Shown: piece after piece, positions 11,591 through 25,249 of the stretch | How the letters are laid out: the number at the start of each line of letters is the position of its first letter | Position numbering within the stretch: position 1 is the first letter of the stretch | NCBI RefSeq assembly: GCF_032191835.1 | Contig: NC_083223.1 | Span: 62,806,001 to 62,870,000 of the forward strand | DNA length: 64,000 nucleotides | Direction of reading: 5' to 3' | Origin: Heteronotia binoei | Lineage: Eukaryota | Translations under genes and position numbers: made by a program | The notes under the pieces: generated by a model | Database searches by the model: none | What the model saw: the letters and a program-made list of their open reading frames with translations, nothing else | Told to the model about the DNA's origin: nothing

Positions 11591-12784
11591 CTTAGTGAAC
11601 AGAGTTTTCCATTACTTTAATAAGCAGTCCTGTCTATTAAAGATACACACATACCTCTCTTTCCATGAAACAACTAAGCTATAACAAATACTTAAGATGC
11701 ACCTGACAGCTTGCTGAATTGCCTTTCAGGATTTATATTCAGTCTTTCAAAAGGCTCAAGCTGGCTAACAGATAATAAAAGACAGTCTTTAAAAAAAAGG
11801 CATGAAAAGATCTCCATTTCCAAAATTCACTGTCAGATGCAAAATTTTGTTTGTTTATAGGGAATACAAACACTGATTTTCCTGGCAGCAAATATGGCTG
11901 AAGTCAGCGCAATGAAGAAAAATGTAGACAGCAGTCCAGGCATGTTCCTCAACTGTCTTCTACTAGCAGAGGTTTTTGGACATGAAAAGGTATCAGATGT
12001 TTCCATTGACCCAATTTCTTTTTCCTCTGTCTACTCTAGTTTCAAACTAACTACATGGTAACATCTCTGATTTTCATTCATATAAGTAATAAGATCTAAA
12101 CACTATGCCAGAAAAAAAAACCTAAACTAAAATTTAAACATATTTTGCTCTTTTTTTAAAAAAAAAAGTGGTCAATGCAATTCATTTACCTTTTTAAACA
12201 TGACTTAGGACATCATATACAACTTCAAATTCATCAAAGCACAGCTCTCAAGTATCTTTCACCTAGGTAATTCAGTGATAGCCACTCTTGGGCAGATTCT
12301 TAAACTAAAGTGCAGGCTCAGAAAATGCTTGAATGTGCAGGTGCACTCAAGTTATGTGTATGTATATGGATGGATTCAAAGAATGACTTTATCTCACCAC
12401 ACAGCAACATTCTCAGTCCTTGCAGGAGAGCTACATAGAACAAAGGTTGCCCAAAGAATCCCAGCTTGATCAGCTGTACTGCTTTCATGATTACATCAGT
12501 CAGCGTTTAAGTTTATTGAAAGCATACCAGTACTAAAGTTCAGTTATGTCCACGACCCCATAGGAGCTATCACCCCTCAATGCAAAGCACAGTAATATTA
12601 GTCCAGTAAATGAAGAATGTTCTAGAGCAGAAGTAGACTGTCCAAGTCCTGTCTGAATTTTTTTTCCTGGGGGGAAAAAAAACCTTGAACCTTCATAATA
12701 CTACCACTTTGTACAAGTACAAAAATGCAAGAGATTATCATAAAAACATATCAAAGTTTTTGTTTTGTTTTGTTTTTTACTTAC

Positions 12785-12838
12785 AGGATCACCCCTTCTT
12801 CCTTCTGGCCCAGCAGAACCCGGCAGTCCAGCTTCTCC
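12785..12838 (-). CDS. COL21A1: COL21A1 exon (54 nt), GEAGLPGSAGPEGRRGDP
   Basis: caatactaag acceptor, gtaagt donor, 6 Gly-X-Y triplets. It follows GFK, the expected order for collagen XXI. Confidence 0.92.
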
Positions 12839-13081
12839 CTTAGTATTGGATGACAAACAATTAAAAATCCGGTCAAAATATTAACTCTTGGTGCTGTGTT
12901 TTGGATTTGTTTTCATAAAGAGATATGAGACATGTGCTAAATGGCTAATATACAAAATCTGGTAGGGAAATGGTTAGATATTAGAGATAAAACTATCAAT
13001 TGTAATATATCAAGAGAATAACCACTTTGAAACCCTTTTTGCCAGCCTTGCAATAAAGGTTATTTGATGTAAAATCAGCAC

Positions 13082-13310
13082 CAGGGGTGTCGAACTCATA
13101 TGCTATGAAGACCAGATCTGACATAAATGAGACCTTGTAGGGCCAGGCCTTGTGTGTCACAAAATGTAATGCCAGATTGGGGAGATATAAACTTTATGTG
13201 ATGCAGAAGAAATCAAGAGAGAGGGGAAAGGAAGCAGACCTGCTCCTAGGCCTGATAGGAGACCTCCAGGGACCTGCTTTGGCCACCGGGCCACATGTTT
13301 GACACCCCTG
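13082..13310. mobile_element. hAT-type MITE
   Basis: TIRs caggggtgtc / gacacccctg. No clear TSD. Confidence 0.75.
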
Positions 13311-14105
13311 GGCTAAACAATTACATAGTATTGGATGAACAGGCACCATTCCTTTTTTAAATCACAATTCAAAAGTGAGCTTCAGACTCTTGACTTCAAA
13401 ACATGCTGGCAATTTGATTGCCAGCGGTGCTCAACAAGAAGTACCACTTCCTCTAACTCATGGCCACCATCCCTCACTGTTATCCATGTGCTGACCAATG
13501 AGTGGTCCTTCTGTTCTGACTCCCCAGGTGATGTCTGGTTAACTGGCCAAGAAAGAGAGTCAACTGATCCACTGGTGGGGCAGGAAGGCTGAATGGTAGA
13601 AAGATGGGAAAGCAGAATGGAAGCAAGGGTAAGACAGCTCCTCCTCCCCCCCCGCCAAAAAAAAATTCTACCACCTCATTTTGCTTCATTGTATAGCCTG
13701 TCAAGCTGATTACCCCTTATTCTGATCAAAATGTTTCTGGTAATGTGGTAATTATATTCTGTCTCAAATATTAAAAATGTGTCCCATCTAGCAAAACAGG
13801 TACATTTTAAATATACTGGGCACAATCTAGATGACATGTATTTAAATACATAAGGCATTGGGTATGCACAGCACAGTCATATTGCTTTTCAGGACAACAG
13901 CCATACACACACAAAATAAAAACACCTATCACAACCATTTAAAAAAACTTCTCCTCTATATATCTGCAGACTAAAATCCAAACAATCACATGTAGACTTT
14001 CCATCATGCATCAAAGCTTTTCAGTTTCTTCTCCCACAGGCACTCTTTACTGGTTTAAAAATCCTCAGTGGTACCCGTGTCTGAGGGGTTTCCTGTTTGT
14101 CTCTT

Positions 14106-14300
14106 TGTTTTTGCCATCAAGTCACAGCTGACTTATGTGGCAACCTCAAGGGATTTTCAAGGCAAGAAACATTCAGAGGTTATTTGCCATTGCCTGCCTT
14201 CACATCATGACCATCGTGGTCTTTCTTCCAGATACTGACCAGGGCTGAGCCATCTTAGCTTCTGGGATCTGATGTGATCAGAGTAGCCTGGGCTATTGAG
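14106..14300 (-). mobile_element. 5S rRNA-derived SINE
   Basis: Minus strand has a 5S-like head (gatcacatcagatcccagaagctaag...ccctggtcagtatctgg) followed by a non-5S body. Confidence 0.75.
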
Positions 14301-14898
14301 GTCAGGATTTGAGTAACAAAATAGCTATAGAATTATTCAGGCTCCTTGAATTTTTTTTCTGAGCACTGAATTCATTAATTACAATTTTAGGAATTATTAA
14401 AAGATTTGCAAAGATTGTACAAAAGGGTCTAGAAAGAAGTGGAATCCAAGAAGAATGGAGATGCCAATTTTTAAACTGGTGAACTTTCATTCTCACAAGT
14501 AAGATGACATTTAATTTTCAATTAGGTACTGACTGCAGGAATCAAAAAACTTCCCCAGGATGGCTAAGCAGTGCTGAGGGAATAAAATCCAAGGAGAAAA
14601 GTAAGCACACAATGAAGTAGTAACTGGACAACTAATAATCTGACCACACTAACCCAAATTTTATGGTGACAGTAAAATAAAAGCAGGAATTTGGTCCTCC
14701 AAACCTAAATATGGGCCAAAACCAGAATCAGATAAGACTCTCAAGTTCTTAGGGACCAGATCACATGAACTTACATGCAGGCAGAAACAATCACAAGAAA
14801 GAGCTTGAACATGGGTCTTGTTCACAGAAGGCCCAAACCCAGACCTCTCTACACCATGCTGGGGCTCTAACAGTGAAGAAAACAAAACATCTACCAAC

Positions 14899-15092
14899 CA
14901 ATGTTCCCTCTAAGCTGCAGAGTCTTGTGAGGAAAAATTCTGCTTTGTGAGCTATTGGCCTTAACGTTGTCAGCTACTGCATAAATTAGTGTACTCTAGG
15001 GTCATCCTTCCTGAGCTAAAACAAAAATGTGTGAGCTGGCGGCTAAAAATCTGTGAGCTAGCTCACGCTAACTCAACTTAGAGGGAACACTG
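14899..15092. mobile_element. hAT-type MITE
   Basis: TIRs caatgttccctctaag / cttagagggaacactg. Perfect 8-bp TSD ctaccaac. Confidence 0.92.
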
Positions 15093-15110
15093 CTACCAAC
15101 AGATCACGCT

Positions 15111-15330
15111 TAAGAACATATGAGTCAGATCAGACCAATGGGTCTTCTAGACTAACATTCTTTTTCACATGGTGGCTGACAAGATGCCCCCAGAGCCCAG
15201 GTGCCTATCCCACCATTGTTGTTGCCCCTTTAAGCACTGGTATTTACTAACCCAGAGGTTCCAATTGTCACCATGCTTAATAGCCATTGACAGCACTGTT
15301 CTCCATAAATTTATTGAATCCCATTTTTAA
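15111..15330 (-). mobile_element. CR1 3'UTR-type fragment
   Basis: Reverse complement of the ...ggtctgatc...atgttctta end also seen on the CR1 at 55995-56632. Confidence 0.6.
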
Positions 15331-16172
15331 AAAGCCAACTAAACAAAGGGCTGCTGTCACATTCTGTGTCAGCATATTTTGCAAGTCAGATTATTTCAAC
15401 ATCCTGTTAATGCTCCCGGATTGAGACCAAAGCTATTAAACAAGCTGTCTGTGCAAGTTTTCTTCTATCTCACGCTAATTGTGGACACAAGAGCATGAGA
15501 AACAGATGCTGCACCTATCAGAGAAGCAATGGCATGGCAAGATAGCGGATGAAAAAAATGAGATCTTGAGCCCAGAAAACTTCTCTATTCAAAGTCACCT
15601 CTTGCAGCAATCCTCTCTGCTATGCAAGCTAGGGATACCAGCCTCTTAGAACTTGTATTGGTTGCAATGGGTGGGTAAGGAAGGAGTCCTGATGTTCTCC
15701 TCAGGAAGGATGTGTCTGCAAGATGGCTGGCTAGGCTGCAGACTCCCTGGGCCCCCTCCTCCAATAAGACATGAATGAAGTGAGGTAAAGAGCAAGTCAT
15801 GCCTCCTCCACTGGCTGTCATCTCCAGCAGCAAATTCAATCAGAGGCATTTCTTTTTTTGTTTTTTCTTCTTTTGTGCTCCCAAAAGGTCTGCCACAGGT
15901 CTCACAATGTACAGAGCATCAGTGGGAGATTCTTCACTTGCAACAAGAAGCTTTCAACTCTGCCTTTCTAGTTCCTGGAAGCAGAATCTATTGGAACTTC
16001 CTACTGATATAAAAGGAGAGAACAAGTGTTTTGCCGAACTGTCCACACATCATCATACGGATGATGATGATGATTATGATGAAGGACAAAGGTTATTATG
16101 CTTGTATTTTGTAGATTAATTCAAATACACATACAAACACTAAAGAAATAGTACCTTGGAAATGGATGTAAG

Positions 16173-16349
16173 CAGGGCTTTTTTGGTAGAAAAAGCCCAG
16201 CAGGAACTCATTTGCATATTAGGCCACACACCCCTGATGTCACTGTTGTTTCACAGAGGGCTTTTTTAAAAGTCCAGCAGGAACTTATTTGCATAATACG
16301 CCACACCACCTGGGACTGTTCCTCTGCGTTCCTGCTCAAAAAAAAATGG
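16173..16349. mobile_element. hAT-type MITE with duplicated octamer (ATTTGCAT) unit
   Basis: Left TIR cagggctttttt and a damaged right TIR. Flanks gatgtaag / gatgtagg. Confidence 0.7.
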
Positions 16350-16484
16350 ATGTAGGGAGAGTACAGAAAAAGTCTGGCCATACAGTCAAGCTGCAATTTA
16401 GAGGCTCACCACTCCACTTCCCAGCCTTTCAGTCACTTGCAACAGTCCTTATTTAAGATGCAAAAATGCCAAACATACAAAAAG

Positions 16485-16686
16485 GAAGCTATGGCTCAGA
16501 GGGAGAGCAGCTGCTTTGCGTGCACCAGATCCCAGGTTCAACTCTGGCATCTCCAGTTAAAAGGATCAGTTAACAAATGACGTGAAAGACCTGAGATCCT
16601 GAAGAGCCAGTGCCAGTCAGAACAGGCAGCGCTGATCTTGACAGACTCATGGTCTGTTTCCCTGTGAGGCAGCATCATTTGTTCAG
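16485..16686 (+). mobile_element. tRNA-derived SINE
   Basis: Decayed A box (ggctcagagggagagc) and B box (ggttcaactc). Body shared with the copies at 34743, 37547 and 63394. Confidence 0.75.
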
Positions 16687-18299
16687 GCCTGAGATACTGA
16701 ATTGAAATGCCTCCAGAGTTCCTTCTTGTACTCGAGCACACTTACTCATGAACAAAATGAATAAAAACTCCATTAAAATTGAACACTATGTATAATTTAC
16801 AGATTTCTCCCCTTCCAGTAATTGTGACCAGGCACTTGGTCCAGTCCCCAAGTATATTTGGAAGGGAAAAAAAACTAGTGAATGCTATGTATAATTTTAT
16901 ATTCCATTAAGATCTGGCACATGGGATTCTGCAGCAGGCTTTATGCAAGTGGAGGCAGATGGCCCAATCTCATCAGCAGTGCCGTAAGGGGCCCCCACCT
17001 ATTCCAGTGAGCCCTTGTCTGTACCACACCCTATATTTTCACACAGGCAAACAGCCCACATATGGGATAGCCATCTACACTTCTCATTAGGACACCTAAA
17101 ATTCTAAAGAAAGAAGAAGGATGGCTGGCTGGTTTTGAATATCTACAGAGTCCGAACTCTTAAAGCCAACAATTTCTATCACACAGTTCCATTTGGTTCC
17201 AGAACGGCTGGGCTTCTGCCACTTTCTGTTCTTAATCTGTTCTTTATCAGCTTATAAATTGGACAATCGTTATAGCAAGAATCTTGTTATATGAGGGGGT
17301 GAACAGTTGACACATCATGAAATTAAATTTCTTCTGTTGTGTTACATTATCACATAATCTGATTACTGCTTTTGCAATTCCTGTGGAGTGAAGAGAATGT
17401 ACCAGTATCACCTCATAACTAGAGCACATGAAACAAATCTCGATGGAGCGTGTTCACTTAACATTAAAAGGTCTATCTCAAATTTCAAAGCAGTAAACAA
17501 TCCAAGACTTAAGGAACAGTTTCCTTTGCACAAAAAATAATTGTTGGCCAATGTGGGGCTTTGGATTGCCTCATTTCCTGAACCAGTATTTCCAGGCATC
17601 AAAACTGCTGACTATTGTTAACAGTAGCAGTTGACTACTGCACTATTCAGAAGCTGTTTTCACAGATGACTCCTCTGTGTAATAAATAGCATGCAAGACC
17701 TTTCTTGTTCTAGTAGGATGACAGTTCATAGAACCCAGAAGAAGAAATGCCGCAGATGTAATGACGACATGCTACTTAACAAAATTAGGAACTACCTTCA
17801 GGGACACAGAAGCAAATACTTTTAAAGCCCCAAGTGATCCATGAACAAGTTAGGAACTATTTATATTTATTTATTAGGATATTTCTATACTGCTTCAACC
17901 CCACCCCCCACCCCCCACCCCAAAAAAGAGGACCCAAAGTAGCTTTGCAAGATATAACATACTTTAATTAAGCAAAACAAAGAAGCAACAATCCGTCTTG
18001 GGCAGATCATGATTCACTTGGCCTAGCTAACAATGCCATAAGCCAAGAATCCATTGGATTTTGCATTTCAGCTCACAGGGATCTCCAACTTCTGGCCATG
18101 CCAAGCTAAGCACTCACAAGCAGAAAAGAAAAACTCATTCTAAATGGTATTCGGCTAATGTTAGCAAGTGAATGAGATCTTCCCAACTTCTTTTCCTGAC
18201 AGAAATGGCTCTGGCCAACAGCAGCTCTAACACCGGGGGGGGGGGGGTGCGGGGCGGAATGGAAGCCAGTAAAGTTCTGTCACTACTAGCAAAGTATGT

Positions 18300-18395
18300 T
18301 TCGTATAACCAGCTCCACTCAGCAGCTACATTCTCTACTAACTGAAATTTCTGAATAGTCTCCAAAGGAAGCCTCAGGTAAAGCATACTTCAGAA
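18300..18395 (-). mobile_element. Old L2 ORF2 fragment
   Basis: LYLRLPLETIQKFQLVENVAA resembles the L2 LYMGLPL...KLQLVQNAAA segment. Confidence 0.55.
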
Positions 18396-19805
18396 GCCTA
18401 ATCAAAATATAGCTATCTATGGCTTTTACATAGAAAGGATGAAACTGGTGAATGAACCCATATGGATTAAAGTTCTGAAGTGCCACAGGCAGTACTTGAA
18501 TCCTCCTCTTTAGACATAAATATAAATAGCACTCTCAGGCTGTGAACCTTCTGTTTCACAGGGTTCACCTGAGACAGGCTGAGAACTCAATCCATGGGTC
18601 AACTATGCTGTCAACCAACATCAACTCAGTATTCTGGACCAAGCTTCACCATATTGATCCTCGTCCACTCCATTACTGACTCCAAGAACCTATTCAGAAC
18701 ATGACTCAGCTGACCTGATCTAGCCATAAAGTAGAACTGGGTATCATCTAATGACCCCAAATGAATAATGATTATCTTATATTTTTTAAATGTGCTGCAG
18801 AGATGGGATGATCACACAACATTCAGCATGTGCCAGCTTCACTGAACAGACATATTCAGTCTACGGTGCTGTGGGGGATGGGGGAGGCAATGCACCTTAA
18901 ATTGTCTGTACACTCAGAGTGACCAGGAAACCATAATACTAACAGTGTTCTGCAAACCACACTAAATGTGGCTAAAACTGCAGCAATAAGGTTTAGTTTT
19001 GCTGAATGTCATCTCTACAGCATTCTGAGAGATCAGTGGAAAGAGACTGGAAGGGAAAGGTGGAACTCACCCGTATCACATACAAAGGATTATTTGGCCA
19101 TTCTACAGAGGAACAGCCTCATGGGTATGACCAAACCACAAGCCAAGCTGCAGAAGGATTTGGTGCGCAGTGAACTGTTTCTCATCTTTTCCAAGAATAA
19201 ATAGGTTTCTGAAATTTTCTAGGAAAATAAAGAAGACTCCAGCAGAAATCTCCAAAGAATCCTCCTGCTTGTTAAAAGCCTGATTTTGATTACAATAAAC
19301 CCAGAGTAAAGTGATGTTTTATAGAGAGCAGATGTTAAGAGGCAAGCTGAAAACATACTGTACTGTAGCAGAAATTGAGAACTACTGCTTTCAAAGTTTC
19401 AAGCAGATTCACAAAAATGCTATGAACTCTTCCCAGTTCTCCAATAAAATCTCCATCTGAATGACTAGACAAAGCAATTCCTTCCAAACAAAAAGGGCAC
19501 ATTAAAAATAGATTTAAAAGCAAAAAATTGTGCTTGGACCAATCAAAGGAAAGACAATACAAGGGACAATCCAGAATAAGCTCATATGTGTTTATATCTC
19601 ATTGATTTCAAAAGTGCATAAGCACTAGATTTTGGCTTAATTAAGGAAACTACTAAAATCAAACATACTTTAAAAGAGGAAATTCCTGCTAATACTGGAA
19701 GATATACTACATACCTATTCAGCTGCTAGTGAATTAAAGAGGAAGCAACTTACATACAGTTGTAGCAATTCAATGCCCTACCATTGGCAGTCCTGTCTGG
19801 GAGGA

Positions 19806-21404
19806 TTTTAGTTTAGTTTAGTTTATTTATGATTTATATCCCGTCCTTCCCACCAAGTGGCTCAGGGCGGCTCACAACATAAAATCCAACATAAAAATAT
19901 TAAGTTTAAGCATTGAACACAGTTAAAACATTTAAAACATTAAAACATTAGGGACAGCAGAAGTCTAATAGAACTACACTTAGTTTTCTGTGCCGGTTAA
20001 TTATAAGCCAGCCGGAAGAGGGTTGTCTTACAGCCCCTGCAGAACTGAGCAAGGTCCCACAGGGCCCTCACCTCTTCCAGCAGCTGGTTCCACCAGGAAG
20101 GGGCCATAACAGAGAAGGCCCAGTCCCTGGTAGATTTTAGGCGGGCTTCCTTTGGCCCGGGGATAACGAGAAGATTTTGGGTTCCTGATCTCAGTATTCT
20201 CTGGGGAACATGTCAGGAAAGACGGTCCTTCAGGTAGGCAGGTCCTAGGCCATATAGGACTTTAAAGGTAATAACCAGCACCTTGTACCGGACTCGGTAT
20301 ATTACTGGTAGCCAGTGCAGAACCCGGAGCCCCGGCCGAATGCGCTCCCATCTTGGGAGCCCCAATAACAGCCGGGCCGCGGCATTCTGCACTAGCTGCA
20401 ACTTCTGGGTTCGGCACAAGGGCAGCCCCATGTAGAGGGCATTGCAGTAGTCCAACATCGAGGTGACCGTAGCATGGATCACTGTTGCTAGATCGTCGCA
20501 CTCCAGGAAGGGGGCCAGCTGCCTTGCCCGCCTAAGATGAAGTAATGCAGACTTGGCAGTGGCTGCTATTTGAGCCTCCATCTTTAAGGAGGGCTCCAAT
20601 AGTACTCCCAGGCTTTTGACCCCATTCGCCACTATCAACGGCGCACCGTCAAAAGCTGGCAGGGGGATTTCCCCCCCCGGACCCCGACGACCCAGGCAAA
20701 GGACCTCTGTCTTTGCCGGATTTAGCCTCAGCCCGCTCAGTCTGAGCCACTCAGCCACAACCTGTAATGCCCGATCTAGATTTTCTGGGGCGCAGACCAG
20801 TCGGTCGTCCATAAGCAGATAGAGCTGGGTGTCGTCAGCATACTGATGGCAACCCAGCCCATACCTTCGGGCGATCTGGGCAAGGGGACGCATATAGATG
20901 TTAAATAACATCGGGGAGAGAACCGCCCCCTGAGGCACTTCACAATCAAGCATGCGCCTCCGGCATAGCTCACCCCCAATCGCGACCCCTTGTCCCCGAC
21001 CTTCAAGGAAGGAGGAAAGCCATTGTAAGGCCAACCCATGAATCCCCGCGTCGGCAAGGCGGCAGGTCAGTAACCGATGGTCGACCATATCGAATGCAGC
21101 TGATAGGTCCAACAACATCAGCACCGCCGAGCCGCCCCGATCCAGATGCCGTTGAAGGTCATCTACCAGGGCAACCAACATGGCCCAGGCGAAAGCCGGA
21201 CTGAAGTGGGTTTGAGACGGAAGCATCCTCCAGGAAGGTCTGTAACTGCATCGCCACTGCCCTCTCGATAAGTTTGCCCAAAAAGGGCAAATTTGAGACC
21301 GGCCAGTAATGTGCCAATTGGGCCAGGTCTAAGGTTGTTTTTTTCAAGAGGGGACGGACCACCGCCTCTTTAAGCGGCATTGGAAAATGCCCTTCCATCA
21401 GGAT
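19806..21404 (-). mobile_element. L2 LINE, 5'-truncated, closely related to the full-length L2 at 42099
   Basis: RT motifs LLDLSAAFD and YADDTQL. 3'UTR very similar to 42143-42360, with a (TAAAC/TAAA)n tail. Confidence 0.93.
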
Positions 21405-22786
21405 TGCAAACACCCCCTACCATGAAGGACTCTGCTCATGCAGAGGAAGGAAACCTGAATTGGTAGCTCGTATTCTACCCTGCTGTGATTTTTATGAAAA
21501 TGTGCAGGACTCCATAAGCCCCCTTTTGTTTAATTTTCATGGACTGTCTGAAGAGAGGCTAGTTTACTTTCTAAGATCTGACTGGCATCCCCATATTACA
21601 TAGTTGGTAGCAAAGTATCTTTCAATTGCTATGGTAATTAGGGAACATAAGATTAACAGGTGACTTTTTCTTGTATTTCAAATCTGAAGAAGCATTTCAA
21701 TCTGTATTCTTTGTTGTATTTTTTATGTATGCCAGTAAAGATACTGAACTAAACTGAAGATGCTGTTATAATACTGGAACAGCTCTGTCAGAATAAAAAA
21801 CATTTTTTTGCAACTTTAACAGAAGCTGTGTGCTAATTTGTTGAAAAGTTTGCAGGTAAACAGCAAACACCATGACTGATTTCACACTAGGCTTGTTCCG
21901 GGTGGAGAGCCCTTTTGCTCCTGGGGCTTCTCTATTTTCGTACAAGCTGCCCTGGAGCTGTGAGTTGGTGCACCTGGTATATTCAGTAAGTTGGTGCACC
22001 TGGTATAAAGCTGTTGTCTTGTTGTCCTGGTATATTCAGTATATACTGAATGGCTGGGGGGGTTGTCTTGTAGCTCAGTTTAAACAGAGCTCTAAGAGAC
22101 GCCAGAACAGGATCGGTCAGGGCAGCAGGAACTGAGAGCACCGTGGCATTAGCACAACTAATGAAAATCTAGCAGAAGAAAGCATGGGCCCAGGGAGATC
22201 ACATCAGGTTTCAGTAGCAGTGCACCTGCCCAGCAGCTCTGTTGCCACCTCTTCAGCTTACAGTTGTGCTATGTGGTGAATGGTGGAATATTCCCTGTTA
22301 TCCCTGAAACTGAGTACATTTAGAACATACCTCAAGACTGAGTATATTCCTGATCTTTCAGAATATATGTAAATGGTCTGAATAAGCCAGATCACAAGCA
22401 AATTGTGAAACATGGAATGTAAAGGTCTATTATGTTGTTTGGATGAAATTTATGACAGCAACAGAAAATTAACTAATTCCTAATTAACTAATTAACTAAG
22501 ATGTCTGCAAGCTGTTAAAATAGTGTTTCTGTACAACTGAATTATTACTAACACTTGAAGTCAGTGGCAAATTTACAGACTCACTGATCATGTGTACATG
22601 TTCACACACTCATGTTTCAAGGCAGTGAACTTTCACCACGTTTAAATATCATAGCTGTCTTTATCTCTCACCCCGCATACATACGCATTCACACACATAC
22701 ATGCATTGAGAATGTACATAAGTTTGCACTCATATAAATTCATTCTTTATTCACATTATCTATACTGTAGGGCCTGTATAAATTCA

Positions 22787-22879
<93 letters not shown>

Positions 22880-22944
22880 TCATGATATATAACAGAAACA
22901 TAAAATGAAAAGGCAAAAAACCCTCCCCAAACCTAAAAACTTAC

Positions 22945-22998
22945 AGGCCGGCCAGGCATTCCAGGAAATCCTGCTTCACCCTTTTCTCCTTTTGCACC
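22945..22998 (-). CDS. COL21A1: COL21A1 exon (54 nt), GAKGEKGEAGFPGMPGRP
   Basis: ccttttaacag acceptor, gtaagt donor, 6 Gly-X-Y triplets. Confidence 0.94.
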
Positions 22999-23706
22999 CT
23001 GTTAAAAGGATTAGAAACGAATAAACAAGACAACTGTTTGAGCACTAGCTAGCACTAGCTAACATTTCACTAGTGTCTAAGTAGAAACCCACGCAGGAAG
23101 AGGCAGTCCATGGCAGCATTTGAGGGATGAATATAAAACTTCTAACCTATAGGACAAGTCCACCAGTCACAACACCGTCTATAGATTGTCCCATCTCTAG
23201 AGCTGTCGCCCACTGGCCTGAAACTGAGCTGCAACTTGCTTAGGAAAATAGGAGACTTCAACCTACCACAAAAAGTCGAGTCTTAGAAAAAAAAGAGGAA
23301 CATCTTTTTAAAAGATACATAAACATAAGATGCAGCAACGGACACTTAGGGCAAGAATCATGAGCGATTCTTGCAACATGGATGTGGAGAAGTGGTTTTT
23401 CTGCCTCCAGCGCACATGCAGACATCCCCTTGAGTTCACCACGATATTCTCACTTACATTTCTTTTAAACGACATAGGATATATTATACAAGACACAACA
23501 TTTATGACTTTCCAAGCTCCCTGCAGAAAATCAAGAATAATAGTTTGTAGTCCTCAGTGTTGAAGGAGCCAAACTAATCTTAATTCCTCACTCCTTTGGA
23601 CACTTGGGCATACTGCATCAACACCAGCCCCACTGCCATTTAATTCACTCAATATATTTCTGTCATACAAACTCACACCCAACTGCAACACCAAAACCAC
23701 TCCAGC

Positions 23707-25143
23707 ATAATTAATAATAAAAATAATAATAATACATTTTTATTTATACCCCGCCCTCCCCGCCGAAACAGGCTCAGGGCGGCTTACAAGACATAGTACT
23801 TCGTACCATGATACAGCAATAAAATTCAAAGCAATAGCAATTAAAATACAATTACATATAAAACAACATTTAAGTTAAATAATTTAAAACCATATTAAAT
23901 TAATAATTATTAATTAATAATTAATTAAATTAATAATTTAATATAGTGCTACAGTCTTGATGTACATGTAAACATAGCTTTTATGTTGATGCAATGGTTC
24001 CACCTTAACAAGCCAGCTGGAAGAGGATGGTTTTGCAAGCCCTACAGAACTGATTAAGGTCCCGCAGGGTCCACACCACCTCTGGTAGCTGGTTCCACCA
24101 TTGGGGTGCTGTTATCGAGAAGGCCCGCTCCCTTGTTGCTTTTAGTTTGGCCTCCTTTGGCCTAGGGATTTTTAGCAGATTTTGTGAACTAGATCTCAAT
24201 ACTCTCTGGGGAACATATGGGGAGAGACGGTCCCTAAGGTAGGCAGGTCCTCAGCCATATAGGGCTTTAAAGGTAATAACCAGCACCTTGTAACGAACTC
24301 TGTACACAATTGGCAGCCAGTGCAGTTCCCGAAGCCTAGGCCATGCATGTTTCCACCTAGGTAGTCCCAGTAACAGCCTGGCTGCCGCGTTCTGCACTAG
24401 CTGCAGTTTCCTAGTTCAGCACAGGGGCAGCCCCATGTAGAGGGCATTACAGTAGTCTAACCTCGAGGTGACCGTTGCATGGAGCACTGTTGCCAGGTCG
24501 CCACGCTCCAGGAAGGGAGCCAACTGCCTCGCCCGCCTAAGATAAAAAAAGGCGGATTTAGCGGTGGCTGTTGTCTGGGCTTCCATTGTCAGGGAAGACT
24601 CCAGTATCACTCCCAAGCTCTTGACCCTGCGCACTGCTACAAGTGATGCACCGTCAAAGGCCGGTAGGGGGATTTCCCCTCCCAGACCGCTGCAACCTAG
24701 GCAAAGGACCTCTGTCTTAGCTGGATTTAGCTTCAGCCCACTCAGCTTAAGCCAACCTGCCACGGCTTGCAACGCCTGGTCCAGATTTGCAGGGACATCG
24801 TCAGTCCGGCCGTCCATCAATAGATAGAGCTGGGTGTCATCAGCATACTGGTGACAACCCAGCCCATATCTCCGGGCAATCTGGGCAAGGGAGCACATGT
24901 AGATGTTAAACAACATCGGGGAGAGGACCCCACAATTAAGTAGGTGTCTTTGGAATAGTTCTCCCCCAATCGCCACCTTTGTCCCCGACCCTCAAGGAAA
25001 GAGGAAAGCCACTGCAAGGCTAGCCCCTGAATCCCTGCGTCGGCGAGGCAGCGGGTCAGCAACTGGTGGTCGACCATATCGAACACAGCTGATAGGTCTA
25101 ACAACAGTACCGCCGAACCACCTCGATCCGAACCACCTCGATC
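23707..25143 (-). mobile_element. L2 LINE, 5'-truncated, with (TAA)n tail
   Basis: RT motifs present. The 5' junction carries a 15-bp tandem duplication (25114-25143). Confidence 0.93.
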
Positions 25144-25195
25144 AAGAATATACAGCACACTGGTAACACAGGTCTCTTCTTTAATCTAAACTCAC

Positions 25196-25249
25196 CTTTT
25201 TCCCATAAATTCCTGGTGGGCCTTGATCTCCTTTAGGTCCTCTGTCACC
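25196..25249 (-). CDS. COL21A1: COL21A1 exon (54 nt), GDRGPKGDQGPPGIYGKK
   Basis: ttttgatcaag acceptor, gtgagt donor, 6 Gly-X-Y triplets. Confidence 0.92.

Noticed and set aside
1-12784. Next COL21A1 exon (GIPG.PG.RG...K type)
   Set aside because: No matching Gly-X-Y exon with proper splice sites was found; it probably lies outside the window.
16160-16356. 13-bp flanking duplication plus A-run, suggesting a MITE retrotransposed by TPRT
   Set aside because: More simply explained by a normal 8-bp hAT TSD plus a 4-bp deletion (gccc) in the right TIR.
17247-17600. Possible conserved enhancer (homeobox, forkhead and SOX-like words)
   Set aside because: Cannot be supported without cross-species alignment; such words are common in AT-rich DNA.
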